A stretch of 64,000 nt of DNA from Candidatus Palauibacter irciniicola (GCA_009836005.1 VXWG01000088.1:17169-81168), one strand, 5' to 3'. Shown: positions 9,920 through 22,926, counted from the stretch's first letter. Numbers and translations are program-made. Notes: generated by a model not told the origin, from the sequence alone.

Positions 9920-11254
9920 CTAGCTGTCCAGGGGGCGGTGGGTGAAGCTGCGCTTGCCGGGACCGTAGTCCGCGGCGCCCTGCCCCTCGCCGCGCAGCAG
10001 CCAGCGCGTCGTGAGGAGGCCCTCGACGCCGACCGGGCCACGGGCGTGGATGCGGGCCGTGCTGATCCCGACCTCCGCCCCGAGCCCGTAGCGGAATCCG
10101 TCCGCGAAGCGGGTGCTCGCGTTGTGGAACACGCTCGCCGCATCCACGGCCTTCAGGAACCGTTCCGCCACGGCCGGGTCCTCGGCCACGATCGCGTCCG
10201 TGTGACTGCTCCCGTAGGTGTGGATGAAGTCGACGGCTTCTTCCAGGCCCGCCACGGTCCGCACCGCCAGCGTGAGGTCGCCGAACTCGAGTCCCCAGTC
10301 CTCCTCGGACGCGGCCTCGGCCCACGGCAGGACCTGGCGGGAGGGCTCATCGCAGCGGAGTTCGACGCCGCGCTCGCGGAGCGCCTCGCCGATCGGTTCG
10401 AGCCGCGGCAGGAAGGTCTCGTGCACGAGCAGCGTCTCGGTCGCGTTGCAGGCCGCCGGGTAGTCGCACTTTCCGTCCACGGCGAGCCGTAGCGCCATCT
10501 CCGGATCCGCCGACGCGTCCACGTAGAGATGGCACACGCCCTCCGCGTGCCCCAGCACGGGAATCCGGCTCCGCTCCTGTATCGAGCGGACCAGTGCCCC
10601 CGACCCCCGCGGGATCACGAGGTCGATGAGGTCGTCCAGAGCGAGCAGTTCGTCGACATCCCGGCGGTCCGGAACGCCGAGGACGGCGCGGCGATCGAGG
10701 CCGGCTTCCTCCAGCGCCCGCTGCAGGCAGCCGACGAGCACCTCGTTCGAGCGGGCCGCCTCGCGGCCGCCCTTCATGATCACCCCGTTCCCGGAGCGGA
10801 TGGCGAGCGATCCGATCTGGATCACCGCGTCGGGCCGGCTCTCGAAGATGATGAGCAGGACGCCGAGCGGGCTGCGCACCCGTTCGAGCACGAGCCCCTC
10901 GTCGAGTTCCGTGCGCGTGAGGACGCGATCGATCGGATCCTCGCCTTCGACGAGCGCATCGATCCCTTCCAGCAGGCTTTCGAACTTGACGTCCGGGAGC
11001 CCCAGCCGGTGGAGGAGGGACCCGGAAAGCCCTTCCTCCGCCGCGCGCGCCAGATCCTCGTCGTTCGCCCGCGAGATCTCGGCCCGCGACCGGACCAGCA
11101 CCGCTTTCAGCGCGCGCAGCGCCGCCGTCCGGCGCTCCGCCTCGGCACTTCCGATGGTGCGTTGCGCCGCCCGTACTCCGGCCGCCCGCTCCCTCAGCGT
11201 CTCCATCGGTTCCCGCGTCTCCGTCGCTTCCCGCTTCAGTGTCGTTGCTTCCAT
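9920..11254 (-). CDS. proA: glutamate-5-semialdehyde dehydrogenase (gamma-glutamyl phosphate reductase)
   Basis: Family-wide similarity. The ATG at 11254 overlaps the proB stop as ATGA. The track ORF is extended to 11575. Confidence 0.85.
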   Translation of the reverse strand: MEATTLKREATETREPMETLRERAAGVRAAQRTIGSAEAERRTAALRALKAVLVRSRAEISRANDEDLARAAEEGLSGSLLHRLGLPDVKFESLLEGIDALVEGEDPIDRVLTRTELDEGLVLERVRSPLGVLLIIFESRPDAVIQIGSLAIRSGNGVIMKGGREAARSNEVLVGCLQRALEEAGLDRRAVLGVPDRRDVDELLALDDLIDLVIPRGSGALVRSIQERSRIPVLGHAEGVCHLYVDASADPEMALRLAVDGKCDYPAACNATETLLVHETFLPRLEPIGEALRERGVELRCDEPSRQVLPWAEAASEEDWGLEFGDLTLAVRTVAGLEEAVDFIHTYGSSHTDAIVAEDPAVAERFLKAVDAASVFHNASTRFADGFRYGLGAEVGISTARIHARGPVGVEGLLTTRWLLRGEGQGAADYGPGKRSFTHRPLDS

Positions 11255-12495
11255 CAGGATTCCTTGAGGATGAGATGCTCCCGCCCCACGACCTGGACGC
11301 CGGCCCCCGCCTTGTGGGAGATCGCCTGGAGGACGAGCCGCGACTCGAGCGCGACAACGCCCCGTCCGACCAGGGATCCGTCGAGCGCTCGAACCTCGAC
11401 CACGTCGCCGCGCCGGAACTCGCCTTCCGCCCGCACGACGTCCCCGGCTCTCAGCGACTCGCCGCCCTGTAGACGTTCGGCGCCCCCCTCCGCCAGGACC
11501 AGCGTCCCGCGCGGGTGGGAACAGTACGCGATCCAGCGGCTGCGCGAGGAGAGGGCGGCACGCGGCGGGATCCACGTCCCCTCCTCTTCGCCGGCCAGCA
11601 CGCGGTCGAGCGCGCCCGGATCGACACCCGACGCGATGACGGTGTGGCAGCCCCCGCGCGACGCGATCCGGGCCGCCTCCAGCTTGCTCGCCATCCCGCC
11701 CCGGCCGGGCCCGGAACGGCCGTCGACATCGAGTCCGTGCTCATCGGGCCGGTCGATCCGGCCGACGAGCCGCGCGTCCGGGTCGCGCCGGGGGTCGGCC
11801 GTCATGACGCCCGGCACGTCCGTGAGGAGCACGATCAGATCCGCCGCCAGTTCGCTCGCGACGAGCGCCCCCAGCCGGTCGTTGTCGTCGAAGATCGGCC
11901 GCTTGCCGGTTCCCCGGTACACCCGATCGTTCAGCGAGATGGCGTCGTTCTCGTTCACGACGGGGACGACGCCGAGCCGGAAGAGACTCTGCAGCGTCTC
12001 GTGCAGGTTCAGGTAGCGCACCCGGTCGTCGAAGTCCGTCCACGTGATGAGGATCTGCGCGCAGGTGACGCCGAGCCGGGCGAACCCCTGCTGGTAGAGT
12101 TCCATGAGCCGGCTCTGGCCGATGGCGGCGCACGTCTGCTTCAGTTGGGCCGTCTCGGGCGGTTCGGGAAGCTGGAGGGCGACCCGTCCGAGTCCCACCG
12201 CACCCGAGGTCACGATGAGGACCTCCCGACCCTGCCGCCGGAGGCGGCTCGCGCTCTCCACGACGCGGAAGAGGCGTGACAGGGCGATCGTCCCATCGTC
12301 GTGCGTGACGACGCCCGTCCCCACCTTGAGGACGATCCGGTCGGCCGTCGCGATCGCCTCGCGCCTGAGCGGAGGCGCGGCGGCGGCACCCTCGGGGGTC
12401 GGGACTGGTTGGAGCTGGCTCACCTCGAACGCCTCACAGCGGTACCGGGACCCACAGCCGGCCGCGGGGCCGGCGGAAGGCCACCAAAGGTACAC
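11254..12495 (-). CDS. proB: glutamate 5-kinase
   Basis: Amino-acid kinase domain followed by a PUA domain. The start is uncertain: the track gives a GTG at 12495. An internal GTG at about 12423 (VSQLQ...) would give a more typical 389 aa. Confidence 0.8.
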   Translation of the reverse strand: MYLWWPSAGPAAGCGSRYRCEAFEVSQLQPVPTPEGAAAAPPLRREAIATADRIVLKVGTGVVTHDDGTIALSRLFRVVESASRLRRQGREVLIVTSGAVGLGRVALQLPEPPETAQLKQTCAAIGQSRLMELYQQGFARLGVTCAQILITWTDFDDRVRYLNLHETLQSLFRLGVVPVVNENDAISLNDRVYRGTGKRPIFDDNDRLGALVASELAADLIVLLTDVPGVMTADPRRDPDARLVGRIDRPDEHGLDVDGRSGPGRGGMASKLEAARIASRGGCHTVIASGVDPGALDRVLAGEEEGTWIPPRAALSSRSRWIAYCSHPRGTLVLAEGGAERLQGGESLRAGDVVRAEGEFRRGDVVEVRALDGSLVGRGVVALESRLVLQAISHKAGAGVQVVGREHLILKES

Positions 12496-12600
12496 GGGCG
12501 CCCCCCCGGCTCCAACCGGAGACCGTCAACCGCGGCCGAGTCCGAACGTTCTACGTATGGCAGAGAGGCACACGCCTCAACGCGGGGAGGGAGGCACGCC

Positions 12601-13242
12601 ATGCGTAGAATCCTGTTGGTCATTTGCCTTCTGCTGGTCGCGGTGCCAGCGGCGGCGCAGATGCAGTTGGGAATTCGGACCGGAATCGCTGTGAACGGGG
12701 TCTCCCCCGGGTACCCCGAATCCATCACCAGGACCATCGCCGCCGCGGATGTGACGTTCCCCCTGAGCGGCCTCCTCGGCATGCGGCTCGGCGCGGCGTA
12801 TGCGCCTCGCGGTGGAGAGAATTCGAATCCCAATCAGCCTGATGCGGGGTTCGTTCGCGGGACGCCTTGGACGACGACCAACCTGGCGCACCCACGCAAC
12901 CAACTGGAGATGAGTTATGCCCAGTTCTCCGCGCTGCTCCATGCTTCGGTGGAGACGTCGGCAGGTCTCGTCGAGTTCGGCATGCTCGCCGGACCGTGGT
13001 TCGGATTGATCACATGGTGCAGGTATCGGAACGATCCGTGCGCCGACCGTGACAGGAGTGTTGACCGTTACGACTACGGACTGGCACTCGGCGGCGGAAT
13101 GGAGATGGCAATCAGCGATGATGTCGGTCTGGCCCTCGAACTGATTCACTACCTCGGGTTGGCGGACATCAGGGACGACCGTCGCAAGACCACTACATCA
13201 CAACTGGCCGGGCAGGTCGGATTCGTCTTCGATATCCCCTGA
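12601..13242 (+). CDS. outer-membrane beta-barrel protein (OmpW/OmpA-like small porin family)
   Basis: Signal peptide MRRILLVICLLLVAVPAAAQ. Alternating amphipathic beta strands. GGAGG RBS. Confidence 0.6.
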   Translation: MRRILLVICLLLVAVPAAAQMQLGIRTGIAVNGVSPGYPESITRTIAAADVTFPLSGLLGMRLGAAYAPRGGENSNPNQPDAGFVRGTPWTTTNLAHPRNQLEMSYAQFSALLHASVETSAGLVEFGMLAGPWFGLITWCRYRNDPCADRDRSVDRYDYGLALGGGMEMAISDDVGLALELIHYLGLADIRDDRRKTTTSQLAGQVGFVFDIP

Positions 13243-13250
13243 GGCCTCGG

Positions 13251-13267
13251 CGTTCCGTCAGGGAACG
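13251..13267. terminator. bidirectional hairpin CGTTCC-gtcag-GGAACG between convergent genes
   Basis: Inverted repeat located between the stops of the 12601..13242 (+) and 13271..14059 (-) genes. It belongs to the same motif family as 7233 and 47930. Confidence 0.35.
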
Positions 13268-13270
13268 CAG

Positions 13271-14059
13271 CTACAGGCGGCGGACGCGGATGTTGCGGTA
13301 CCAGACGGGGTCGCCGTGGTCCTGGACGCCGAGGTGGCCCTCGTGGTGCCGGCCGTAGTCCGGCCACTCCACGAACTTGCTCCCCGCCACCAACTCCTCC
13401 CATTCGGGCGAGGCGATCTCGTACTCGACGACCTGGACGCCGTTCAGCCAGTGGACGACCTGGTTGCCGTGGCGGACGATCCGGACCTCGTTCCACTCGC
13501 CGGCCGGGTTCGAGACATCCTCGGGAGGCGCGTGCAGACCGTAGTTCGATCCCGCCGACGTGAGCGGATCGCCTCCGTCGTAGTGCCCCGCGTTGTCGAG
13601 AACCTGCATCTCCGGACCCGACTCGAACGCGCGTTCGGTGTTCTCGGAGATGCCGAAGAAGATCCCGCTGTTGCCGCCTTCGCCGACCTTCCACTCGAGG
13701 CGCAGGTCGAAGTCCGTGTACGTCTCGCGCGTGATGAGCGTCCCGCCCCCGACGCCGGGCGTGAAGGCGAGCGCGCCCTCCTTCGCGCTCCAGCCCGCGG
13801 GGACATCATCCATCCGGAATCCCCGCCACGCGTCGAGCGACTCCCCGTCGAAGAGGAGTTCGAAGCCTTCCGCGGCTTCCTCCGCGGAGAGTCGGTTGGC
13901 GGCCATTTGCGCCTCGGCGTCCGCGTCGGCCGGCGGCGCGTCCTCCATCTGCGATCCCGCCTCCGCCTGCCCGCACCCCAATGCGGCGACGGCGCCGAAG
14001 ATCGGGAGGATCCACGTCGCCGGGCCCCCCGGCTTGAATGAACCGATACGTCGCTTCAA
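13271..14059 (-). CDS. DUF1080 (3-keto-disaccharide hydrolase-like, LamG fold) lipoprotein
   Basis: Domain-level similarity. The likely start is TTG at 14059 (LKRRIGSF...AALGCGQ lipobox) with GGAG 9 nt upstream. The track's N-terminal extension lacks a signal peptide. Confidence 0.7.
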   Translation of the reverse strand: MKRRIGSFKPGGPATWILPIFGAVAALGCGQAEAGSQMEDAPPADADAEAQMAANRLSAEEAAEGFELLFDGESLDAWRGFRMDDVPAGWSAKEGALAFTPGVGGGTLITRETYTDFDLRLEWKVGEGGNSGIFFGISENTERAFESGPEMQVLDNAGHYDGGDPLTSAGSNYGLHAPPEDVSNPAGEWNEVRIVRHGNQVVHWLNGVQVVEYEIASPEWEELVAGSKFVEWPDYGRHHEGHLGVQDHGDPVWYRNIRVRRL

Positions 14060-14174
14060 GGCTGAACTCCGCGTTCCGAACCGAATCGAGTGGCTCGCCT
14101 CACGGTAGACCCCGCGCCCGACCGCCACAACCACGCAAGGGCCCGAACAGCTCGCTTCTACGGCCATCCCGACC

Positions 14175-15410
14175 CTAGCGGCGGCCGCCGGCGATGCGAG
14201 TCGCTTCGGGGCGGCGGCGGAGGGCAAGCATGCTCCACGTGCCGAGGGCCGGACCGACGACGAGGGGAGCGAAGGCCCACTCCCAGCCCAGCGCGGCCTC
14301 CCACACCGGGACGAGGCGGATGGTGGCGACGGTGAGCAGGAAGCCGATCGCCGTCTGCAGCGTGAGCGCGGTGCCGACGTACTCGGGTTCGGCGAGTTCG
14401 CTCACGCAGGCGGAGAACTGCGCGGAATCGGCGACGATCGCGAACCCCCACAGGAGACAGACCGCGGCGATCGGCCAAACGGGACCGCCGAACAGGGGCC
14501 CGATGACCAGGCAGCAGGCGCCGCTCACCACCATGCTCCAACTCGTCACGGCCGTGCGCCCCACGCGGTCCGCGAGCACGCCGGCCGCGGCGGCGCCCAG
14601 TCCTCCGGCGGCGATCGTGCCGAAAGCCAGGTACGAGGCGAGCGAGGGGGTCGTGTCCGCGCTCGCGTCCGCCGCGAAGCTCGCCGCCAGGAAGGCCGGG
14701 ATCCACGTCCACATCGCGAAGAGTTCCCACATGTGCCCGAAATAGCCGCCGTTGGCGAGCATCGTCGCCCGGTCGGCGAACATGCGCCGCACGGCGCGGG
14801 GGTCGAAGGGCGCGGCCGGCGCCTGGTGCGGGCCTGCCCGGAGCCCGGTCGCGGCGAGCACCGCCGCCACGACCGCGAGGCCCGAGGCGAGCAGGAGCAC
14901 CGGCCGCCAGGCCCCGATCCCTCCGAGCGGCCGGAGCAGGTGGGGCATCGCGCTCCCGACGGCGAGGGCACCGATGAGGATCCCGATCGCCATCCCGCGC
15001 CCGGCGCGGAACCACCCGGCGACCATCTTCATGCCGGGCGGATAGACGCCCGCCAGCGCGACCCCCGTCACGAACCGGAGGACGACGGCGAGGGCGAGTC
15101 CGTCCGCGAAGAGGGCGATCGCGGCCGTGGCGGCCGCGCCGAGAAGGGCCGACCCGGCGATGAGCCGGCGCGGATCCCACACGTCGGAGAGCGTGAGCAG
15201 CGCCGAGACGACGGCGCCCGTCGCGAAGCCGAGTTGCACGGAGGTCGTGAGCCAGGCCGCCCCGGCGTCATCCAGCCCCCACGCCTCGCGCAGTTCCGGC
15301 ACGACCGCGCTGGCCGAGAACCAGAGGCTCATCGCGAGCAGATCGACCAGCGCGAGCAGCGCGAGCTGCCCCGCTCTCCGCGCACCGGTGTCCGGCGAAG
15401 GCGGGGTCAC
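14175..15410 (-). CDS. MFS transporter
   Basis: Twelve TM segments. GTG start. Confidence 0.75.
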   Translation of the reverse strand: MTPPSPDTGARRAGQLALLALVDLLAMSLWFSASAVVPELREAWGLDDAGAAWLTTSVQLGFATGAVVSALLTLSDVWDPRRLIAGSALLGAAATAAIALFADGLALAVVLRFVTGVALAGVYPPGMKMVAGWFRAGRGMAIGILIGALAVGSAMPHLLRPLGGIGAWRPVLLLASGLAVVAAVLAATGLRAGPHQAPAAPFDPRAVRRMFADRATMLANGGYFGHMWELFAMWTWIPAFLAASFAADASADTTPSLASYLAFGTIAAGGLGAAAAGVLADRVGRTAVTSWSMVVSGACCLVIGPLFGGPVWPIAAVCLLWGFAIVADSAQFSACVSELAEPEYVGTALTLQTAIGFLLTVATIRLVPVWEAALGWEWAFAPLVVGPALGTWSMLALRRRPEATRIAGGRR

Positions 15411-15458
15411 AGGCGTCGGCGGATGCGAGCGGGCGCTGGCGTCGGTCGGTCCTCTCGG

Positions 15459-17444
15459 CTAGCCCTCGCTGTCAGCGAATTTCTGTTGCAGGCTTCGCAC
15501 CACGGCGGGGTCGGCGAGCGTCGTCGTGTCGCCCAGCGCCCGTCCCTCCGCCACGTCGCGCAACAGGCGCCGCATGATCTTGCCGCTCCGCGTCTTCGGC
15601 AGTTCGGCGGCGAAGATGAGGTCGGCCGGCCGCGCGATCGCGCCGATCTGCGCCGCCACGTGCCCCCGCAGTTCCTGGCGCAGCGCCTCGGAGGTCTCCG
15701 TCCCCTCCACCACGCTCACGAACGCGGCCACCGCCTGTCCCTTGATCTCATCCGAACGCCCCACGACCGCGGCCTCCGCCACGGCCTCGTGGTCGACCAG
15801 CGCGGACTCCACCTCCATGGTCCCGATCCGGTGCCCGGCCACGTTCAGCACGTCGTCCACGCGGCCCATGATCCAGTAGTAGCCGTCCTCGTCGACCCGC
15901 GCCCCATCGCCCGGGAAGTAGATGTCGGGCCACTTCGACCAGTACGTCTCGCGGTAGCGCTCTTCGTCGCCCCACACCCCCCGCAGCATCCCCGGCCACG
16001 GCGACGTGATCGCCAGGTAGCCGGACTCCGCCGGGTTCCCTTCCTCGTCGAGGATCGCCGCCTCGATGCCGGGAAAGGGAACCGTCGCCGTCCCCGGCTT
16101 CGTGGTGATCGCCCCCGGGAGCGGCGTGATCATGATTCCGCCCGTCTCCGTCTGCCACCACGTGTCCACGATCGGGCAGTGGCCGCCCCCGATGTGGCGG
16201 TCGTACCACACCCATGCCTCCGGGTTGATGGGTTCGCCCACCGTCCCGAGCAGCCGCAGCTTCGAGAGGTCGTAGCCCGCCGGCCAGTCGTCCCCCCACC
16301 TCATGAAGGCGCGGATCGCCGTCGGCGCCGTGTAGAACACCGTCACCGCCCAGCGCTCGCACAGGTCCCAGAAGCGGCCCCGGTCGGGCCAGTCTGGCGA
16401 CCCCTCGTACATCACCACCGTCGCCCCGTTCGAGAGCGGGCCGTAGACGATGTAGGAGTGGCCCGTCACCCACCCCACGTCCGCCGTACACCAGTAGATG
16501 TCGTCCTCCCTGAGGTCGAACACCCACTTCGAGGTTGCGGTCACGTGTGTCATGTAGCCGCCGGTCGTGTGCATCACGCCCTTCGGCTTCCCCGTCGTCC
16601 CGGAGGTGTAGAGGATGTAGAGCAGGTCCTCCGACTCCATCGGCTCGGCGGGACAATCCGAGTCCGCCGCGGCGACCAGGTCGTGGTACCAGTGGTCCCG
16701 GCCCGCGGTCATCGCGCACGACGGCGTGTCCACCGAATCTCCGTGGGGCGCGGCCCCGGGGTCGGTCACGGCGGAGCGCTGGACGACGACGACGCTCTTC
16801 ACATAGTCGAGACCCTCGATCGCCGTGTCCGTGCTTGCCTTGAGAGGGATGATTCCGCCGCGGCGATATCCCCCGTCCGCCGTGATCACGCATGTCGCGT
16901 GGGCGTCCTCGATCCGGTCGCGAAGGGACTGGGGCGAGAAGCCTCCGAAGACGACGGAATGCGGGGCGCCGATGCGCGCGCAGGCGAGCATGGCGATGGC
17001 GGCTTCGGGAACCATGGGCAGATAGATCGCGACCCGGTCGCCCTTCCCGACGCCGAGCCCCCTGAGTGCGCTCGCGAAGCGGCACACCTCCTCGTGCAAC
17101 TCGCGGTACGTGTAGCGCCGCACGTCTCCCGGCTCGCCCTCCCAGATCAGCGCGGTCTTCGAGCCGCGCGCCTCGAGGTGGCGGTCGAGACAGTTGTATG
17201 CGGCGTTGAGCGTGCCGCCGACGAACCACTTCGAGAACGGAGGATCCCACTCCAGCACGGTGTCCCAGGGCGTGAACCAGTCGAGCCGGCGCGCCCACGC
17301 CTCCCAGTACGCCTCGCGGTCCCGGCCCGCCTCGTCGTACGGGCCGCGGTCGCCCACGTGGGCGGCCGCGACGAAGTCCGCCGACGGTTCGAAAGTCCTC
17401 TGTTCGTCCAGCAGGACGTCGATTTCCCGGTGCTGTTCAGTCAT
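15459..17444 (-). CDS. acs: acetyl-CoA synthetase
   Basis: Full-length AMP-forming acetyl-CoA ligase, including [11 protein letters not shown] and the C-terminal lysine region. ATG at 17444 (MTEQHRE...). Confidence 0.9.
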   Translation of the reverse strand: MTEQHREIDVLLDEQRTFEPSADFVAAAHVGDRGPYDEAGRDREAYWEAWARRLDWFTPWDTVLEWDPPFSKWFVGGTLNAAYNCLDRHLEARGSKTALIWEGEPGDVRRYTYRELHEEVCRFASALRGLGVGKGDRVAIYLPMVPEAAIAMLACARIGAPHSVVFGGFSPQSLRDRIEDAHATCVITADGGYRRGGIIPLKASTDTAIEGLDYVKSVVVVQRSAVTDPGAAPHGDSVDTPSCAMTAGRDHWYHDLVAAADSDCPAEPMESEDLLYILYTSGTTGKPKGVMHTTGGYMTHVTATSKWVFDLREDDIYWCTADVGWVTGHSYIVYGPLSNGATVVMYEGSPDWPDRGRFWDLCERWAVTVFYTAPTAIRAFMRWGDDWPAGYDLSKLRLLGTVGEPINPEAWVWYDRHIGGGHCPIVDTWWQTETGGIMITPLPGAITTKPGTATVPFPGIEAAILDEEGNPAESGYLAITSPWPGMLRGVWGDEERYRETYWSKWPDIYFPGDGARVDEDGYYWIMGRVDDVLNVAGHRIGTMEVESALVDHEAVAEAAVVGRSDEIKGQAVAAFVSVVEGTETSEALRQELRGHVAAQIGAIARPADLIFAAELPKTRSGKIMRRLLRDVAEGRALGDTTTLADPAVVRSLQQKFADSEG

Positions 17445-17609
17445 GGAATCGCTCGAATGGGAGGGGAGAAACGGACGGGCGCGCTTGTCACGGAGCCGCC
17501 GGGGGCACCATCTAGTGTGCCGGCCGGGGGCCGCGTGGCGTGACAGTAGACGACGCCTGGCGGCGCAGGCAAGCACCCGGCGCCGCGGCGCGACGAAGCA
17601 CGGAGTTTC

Positions 17610-17918
17610 ATGACCGAAGACACGCTGACCCTCATCCTGATCATCGCCGGATCCCTGGGCGCGCTCCTCGCCCTCGCCTTCGGCATCTGGGTGGGACTCG
17701 GCTCTCCGGGGCTCTACGACAAGTACGCGCCGACGGGAAGGGCGCCGCGCGAGTCGCCCTGGCGCTGGTTGCTGGGCGGGCGGCAGCGCGCCCGTTCCAG
17801 CCGTTTCGACGCGGTAATGCGGGACGCGGAAGTCGAAGAGGAAGAGGACGAGCGGGAGGAGCCCGAGCGGTACTCGTCGAAACCGGACTTCAGCCGGGGG
17901 CGTCGCTTCCAGCGATGA
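17610..17918 (+). CDS. small membrane protein with acidic C-terminal tail (hypothetical)
   Basis: One N-terminal TM helix, then the [11 protein letters not shown] tail. Lies just upstream of the CDF gene. Confidence 0.4.
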   Translation: MTEDTLTLILIIAGSLGALLALAFGIWVGLGSPGLYDKYAPTGRAPRESPWRWLLGGRQRARSSRFDAVMRDAEVEEEEDEREEPERYSSKPDFSRGRRFQR

Positions 17919-17928
17919 GTCCGAAGCG

Positions 17929-18801
17929 GTGAATCTACCGGCGGACCGTCACGGCCGGGTGCGCCGCATACTCCTGTGGGTGCTGCTCGCGAACGTGGCG
18001 GTGATCGCGGCGAAGTTGATCGTGGGGCTGCGCTCGGGGTCGATCGCCGTGCTGGGCGACGCGGCCCACTCGGGCGTCGATGCGATCAACAACGTCGTAG
18101 GTCTCGTCGCGATGCGCCTCGCGGCCGCCCCGCCGGACGCCGAACATCCCTACGGACACGGCAAGTTCGAGACGCTCGCGGCGCTTGCCGTGGCGGCATT
18201 CCTCTCGGTCACCTGCTTCGAACTCGTGCAGAGCGCGCTCGACCGCCTCGTTCGGGGCGGTGCACCGCCCGACATCCAGCCGGAGATGCTGGCCGTGCTC
18301 GGCGCGGCCCTCGTCGTGAACACGGCCGTTGCGCTGGGTGAAGCGAGGGCGAGCCGGAAGTTGTCGAGCGACATCCTCGCCGCGGACGCCCGGCACACGG
18401 CCTCCGACGTCCTGGTTACGGCGGGAGTGCTGGTCGGGCTTGCGATCACCGACTGGACCGGCTGGGCCCCGGCCGATGCATGGCTCGCCCTCGCCGTGGC
18501 GCTCGTCGTGGCCCGCTCCGGCTACCAGATCCTCCGCGAGACGATCCCCGTCCTCGTCGACGAGCGGGCCGTCGATCCGCGGGAGATCGAAGACGTGGCG
18601 GGCCGGGTGCCCGGCGTGCGTGCCGTTACCGGGGTGCGCTCGCGCGGCAAATCCGTCGGGCGCTTCGCCGAACTCACGATCCGTGTCGCACCCGAGGAAA
18701 CGGTGGTCAGCGCTCACGAAATCGCCGATGAGGTGGAACGGCGGGTCGCGGCCCAGGTCGGATTCGCCGACGTGACCGTGCACGTCGAACCGCACGGCTA
18801 G
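17929..18801 (+). CDS. cation diffusion facilitator family transporter
   Basis: CDF signature HxxxD in TM2 and TM5. C-terminal cytoplasmic domain. Confidence 0.85.
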   Translation: MNLPADRHGRVRRILLWVLLANVAVIAAKLIVGLRSGSIAVLGDAAHSGVDAINNVVGLVAMRLAAAPPDAEHPYGHGKFETLAALAVAAFLSVTCFELVQSALDRLVRGGAPPDIQPEMLAVLGAALVVNTAVALGEARASRKLSSDILAADARHTASDVLVTAGVLVGLAITDWTGWAPADAWLALAVALVVARSGYQILRETIPVLVDERAVDPREIEDVAGRVPGVRAVTGVRSRGKSVGRFAELTIRVAPEETVVSAHEIADEVERRVAAQVGFADVTVHVEPHG

Positions 18802-19463
18802 TCCGTCGTCGCGTCGACCACCCACAGGCAGTGATCCTCCCCCAGAGTTTCGCACCGTGGGTGTGAGACGTCGCTCTCGGCTGCCCGATACGTCCGGAAC
18901 GACTCGTCGATGATCCCGGACAGGATCTCGCAGCCGCGTCCGTCCTTGGCCGCTGTGGCCAGCAGGGGGAGGCCGCGCCGGATCACGAGCCCGTTCAACC
19001 CCTTCGCCATCCGGATCTCCGAGGAGGGACTGAGGCGGCGGGCGATCTTCTTCGCTCGCCCCCAGGCGAGGATCCGCCGGAGACCGGGGGGGATCAGCCG
19101 CCACCCGAAGCGCAGCATCACGCGCCCTCCGGGGCCGAAGGCCTCACGCGTGATCCGGCGTCCCGTGGAGGCGAAGATCTCCGGAGCATCGACCCGCCGC
19201 GCGACGAGTTCGAACAGGCTCGCCACCTCGGCGGCGCGCACGTCCCCGCCATCCTCCTCGTAACGGCGAATCTGCTTGAGCACGACGCTCGACAGCCCGA
19301 GTCGGCGGCGCAGGTTCAGAGAGAGGTCCACTTCCTCGAGTTCCCGCGGATCTTCGGGCGTGTCGAGGTCTCTGAGGGTCAGAAGAAGGGCGAGCGGAAT
19401 GCGAACGGGGATCTCGCCCTCGAGCTCCCCGTCTTGTGCGCGCGGAGAATCAACCGGCATCAT
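18798..19463 (-). CDS. hypothetical protein, possible V4R-like small-molecule-binding domain (Cys-rich C-terminus)
   Basis: The C-terminal GRGCEILSGIIDESF...CETLGEDHC pattern resembles the V4R/XylR N-terminal family. The start is taken at MMPVD (19463). The track's N-terminal 100 aa look like non-coding read-through. Confidence 0.45.
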   Translation of the reverse strand: MMPVDSPRAQDGELEGEIPVRIPLALLLTLRDLDTPEDPRELEEVDLSLNLRRRLGLSSVVLKQIRRYEEDGGDVRAAEVASLFELVARRVDAPEIFASTGRRITREAFGPGGRVMLRFGWRLIPPGLRRILAWGRAKKIARRLSPSSEIRMAKGLNGLVIRRGLPLLATAAKDGRGCEILSGIIDESFRTYRAAESDVSHPRCETLGEDHCLWVVDATTD

Positions 19464-19539
19464 GGGTCGCAAGGCTACGGCGGTACTTCCGGGCCTGCAA
19501 GCGGCGCGGACGCCGGGGCCCCCCTTAATGGGAGGCGTC

Positions 19540-19947
19540 ATGAATGCACCCGTCTCGAAGGAAACCACCCACGCCGTGCTCCGGGTCACCGCCGGCCTCA
19601 TGCTGTGGCAGCACGGAGCCCAGAAGCTCCTCGGCATGTTCGGCGCGACCGCCGTCGAGTCCTGGATCGCGTGGCCGCGCGGCATCGCGGGACTCATCGA
19701 GTTCTTCCTGCCGATCCTCATCATTCTCGGGGTCCGGACGCGGTGGGTCGCCTTCATCCTCACGGGGCACTTCGCCGTGGTCTACTGGTGGCGCCACTTC
19801 TTCGCCCGCGACATGGAGTTCTGGCCGATCGTGAACGGCGGAGAGCTGGCCATCCTGTACTGCGCCATCTTCCTCTTCCTGTGGACGACGGGCAACGGGA
19901 AGTTCAGCCTCGACCACATGGTCCCGGGTCCCGGCCGGGACGAGTAG
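19540..19947 (+). CDS. DoxX family membrane protein
   Basis: Four TM segments and DoxX-like sequence. GGGAGG RBS lies 5 nt before the ATG at 19540. Confidence 0.75.
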   Translation: MNAPVSKETTHAVLRVTAGLMLWQHGAQKLLGMFGATAVESWIAWPRGIAGLIEFFLPILIILGVRTRWVAFILTGHFAVVYWWRHFFARDMEFWPIVNGGELAILYCAIFLFLWTTGNGKFSLDHMVPGPGRDE

Positions 19948-19960
19948 CCCCAAGTTGTTC

Positions 19961-20002
19961 GGCCGCCGGTCCGGCCCCATCTTGTGCGGCCGGACGGCGG
20001 CC
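19961..20002 (+). terminator. long GC hairpin (GGCCGCCGGTCCGGCC...GGCCGGACGGCGGCC) after doxX
   Basis: About 15-bp stem with an 11-nt loop. It begins 14 nt after the stop. No U-tract. Confidence 0.4.
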
Positions 20003-20070
20003 TCCGCAGGGTGCCGCCGTCTCCTGCATCTCCCCGGCGTGATCCCGTAGACGGAGCGGACCCGCGACCC

Positions 20071-22554
<2,484 letters not shown>

Positions 22555-22588
22555 CGCGGCTTCGGCTCCTGGCGCGGCCTCGTCTCCT

Positions 22589-22610
22589 GGCGCGGCGTCA
22601 GCGTCGCGCC
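22589..22610. terminator. hairpin GGCGCGGCG-tcag-CGTCGCGCC between convergent leuS and yggX
   Basis: 9-bp stem with a tetraloop. It is preceded by a 13-bp direct repeat CTCCTGGCGCGGC x2 (22566..22596). Confidence 0.3.
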
Positions 22611-22638
22611 CGACCTCGAAGCGTCCGCCGCCTCCCGC

Positions 22639-22926
22639 CTACCAGTCGACGGAGCCTTCGGCGCCGGTGTCGATCGGGGCGGCGGTGCCCTCTTCGCCGA
22701 AGAGGTGGATCCGGAGGTTCTTGTAGAGGAACTCGCGCGCCGTGGCCTCGTGGAGCTTGAGCCCGTAGTGGTTGATGAGGAGCATCTGGCGCTGCTTCCA
22801 CTCCTCCCAGCACGCGGCGCAGATTTCGGCCACGATCCGCTCGCCGAGTTCGCTCGGGAACGGGAGGCGCTCGATCCGGCCCTGGTCGTCGCGGCCGCAG
22901 CGCACGCAGAGGAACGGTTCCGTCAT
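22639..22926 (-). CDS. yggX: Fe(II)-trafficking / oxidative-damage protection protein YggX
   Basis: Aligns to E. coli YggX (MTEPFLCVRCG...LINHYGLKL...). ATG at 22926 overlaps the upstream gene stop as ATGA. Confidence 0.8.
   Translation of the reverse strand: MTEPFLCVRCGRDDQGRIERLPFPSELGERIVAEICAACWEEWKQRQMLLINHYGLKLHEATAREFLYKNLRIHLFGEEGTAAPIDTGAEGSVDW

Noticed and set aside
9920-11575. N-terminal extensions in the track for proA (to 11575), msbA-like (to 29674), acs (to 17576), isomerase (to 2118), ccmB (to 45153), class-V aminotransferase (to 61283), ccmC (to 44258) and vapC1 (to 812)
   Set aside because: The conserved protein cores begin at internal ATG or GTG codons. Those codons coincide with 4-nt overlaps of upstream stops or with SD-like sequences. 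The extra N-terminal segments are low-complexity and overlap upstream genes.
14733-17543. Very long antisense ORFs. Examples: 14733..17543, 3372..4937, 7170..8816, 19525..21561, 45548..47608, 49631..51904, 49995..51932, 51929..53548
   Set aside because: Their products are Arg/Gly/Pro/Ala low-complexity with no domains. They overlap strongly supported genes on the other strand. Stop-codon-poor GC-rich DNA produces such frames routinely.
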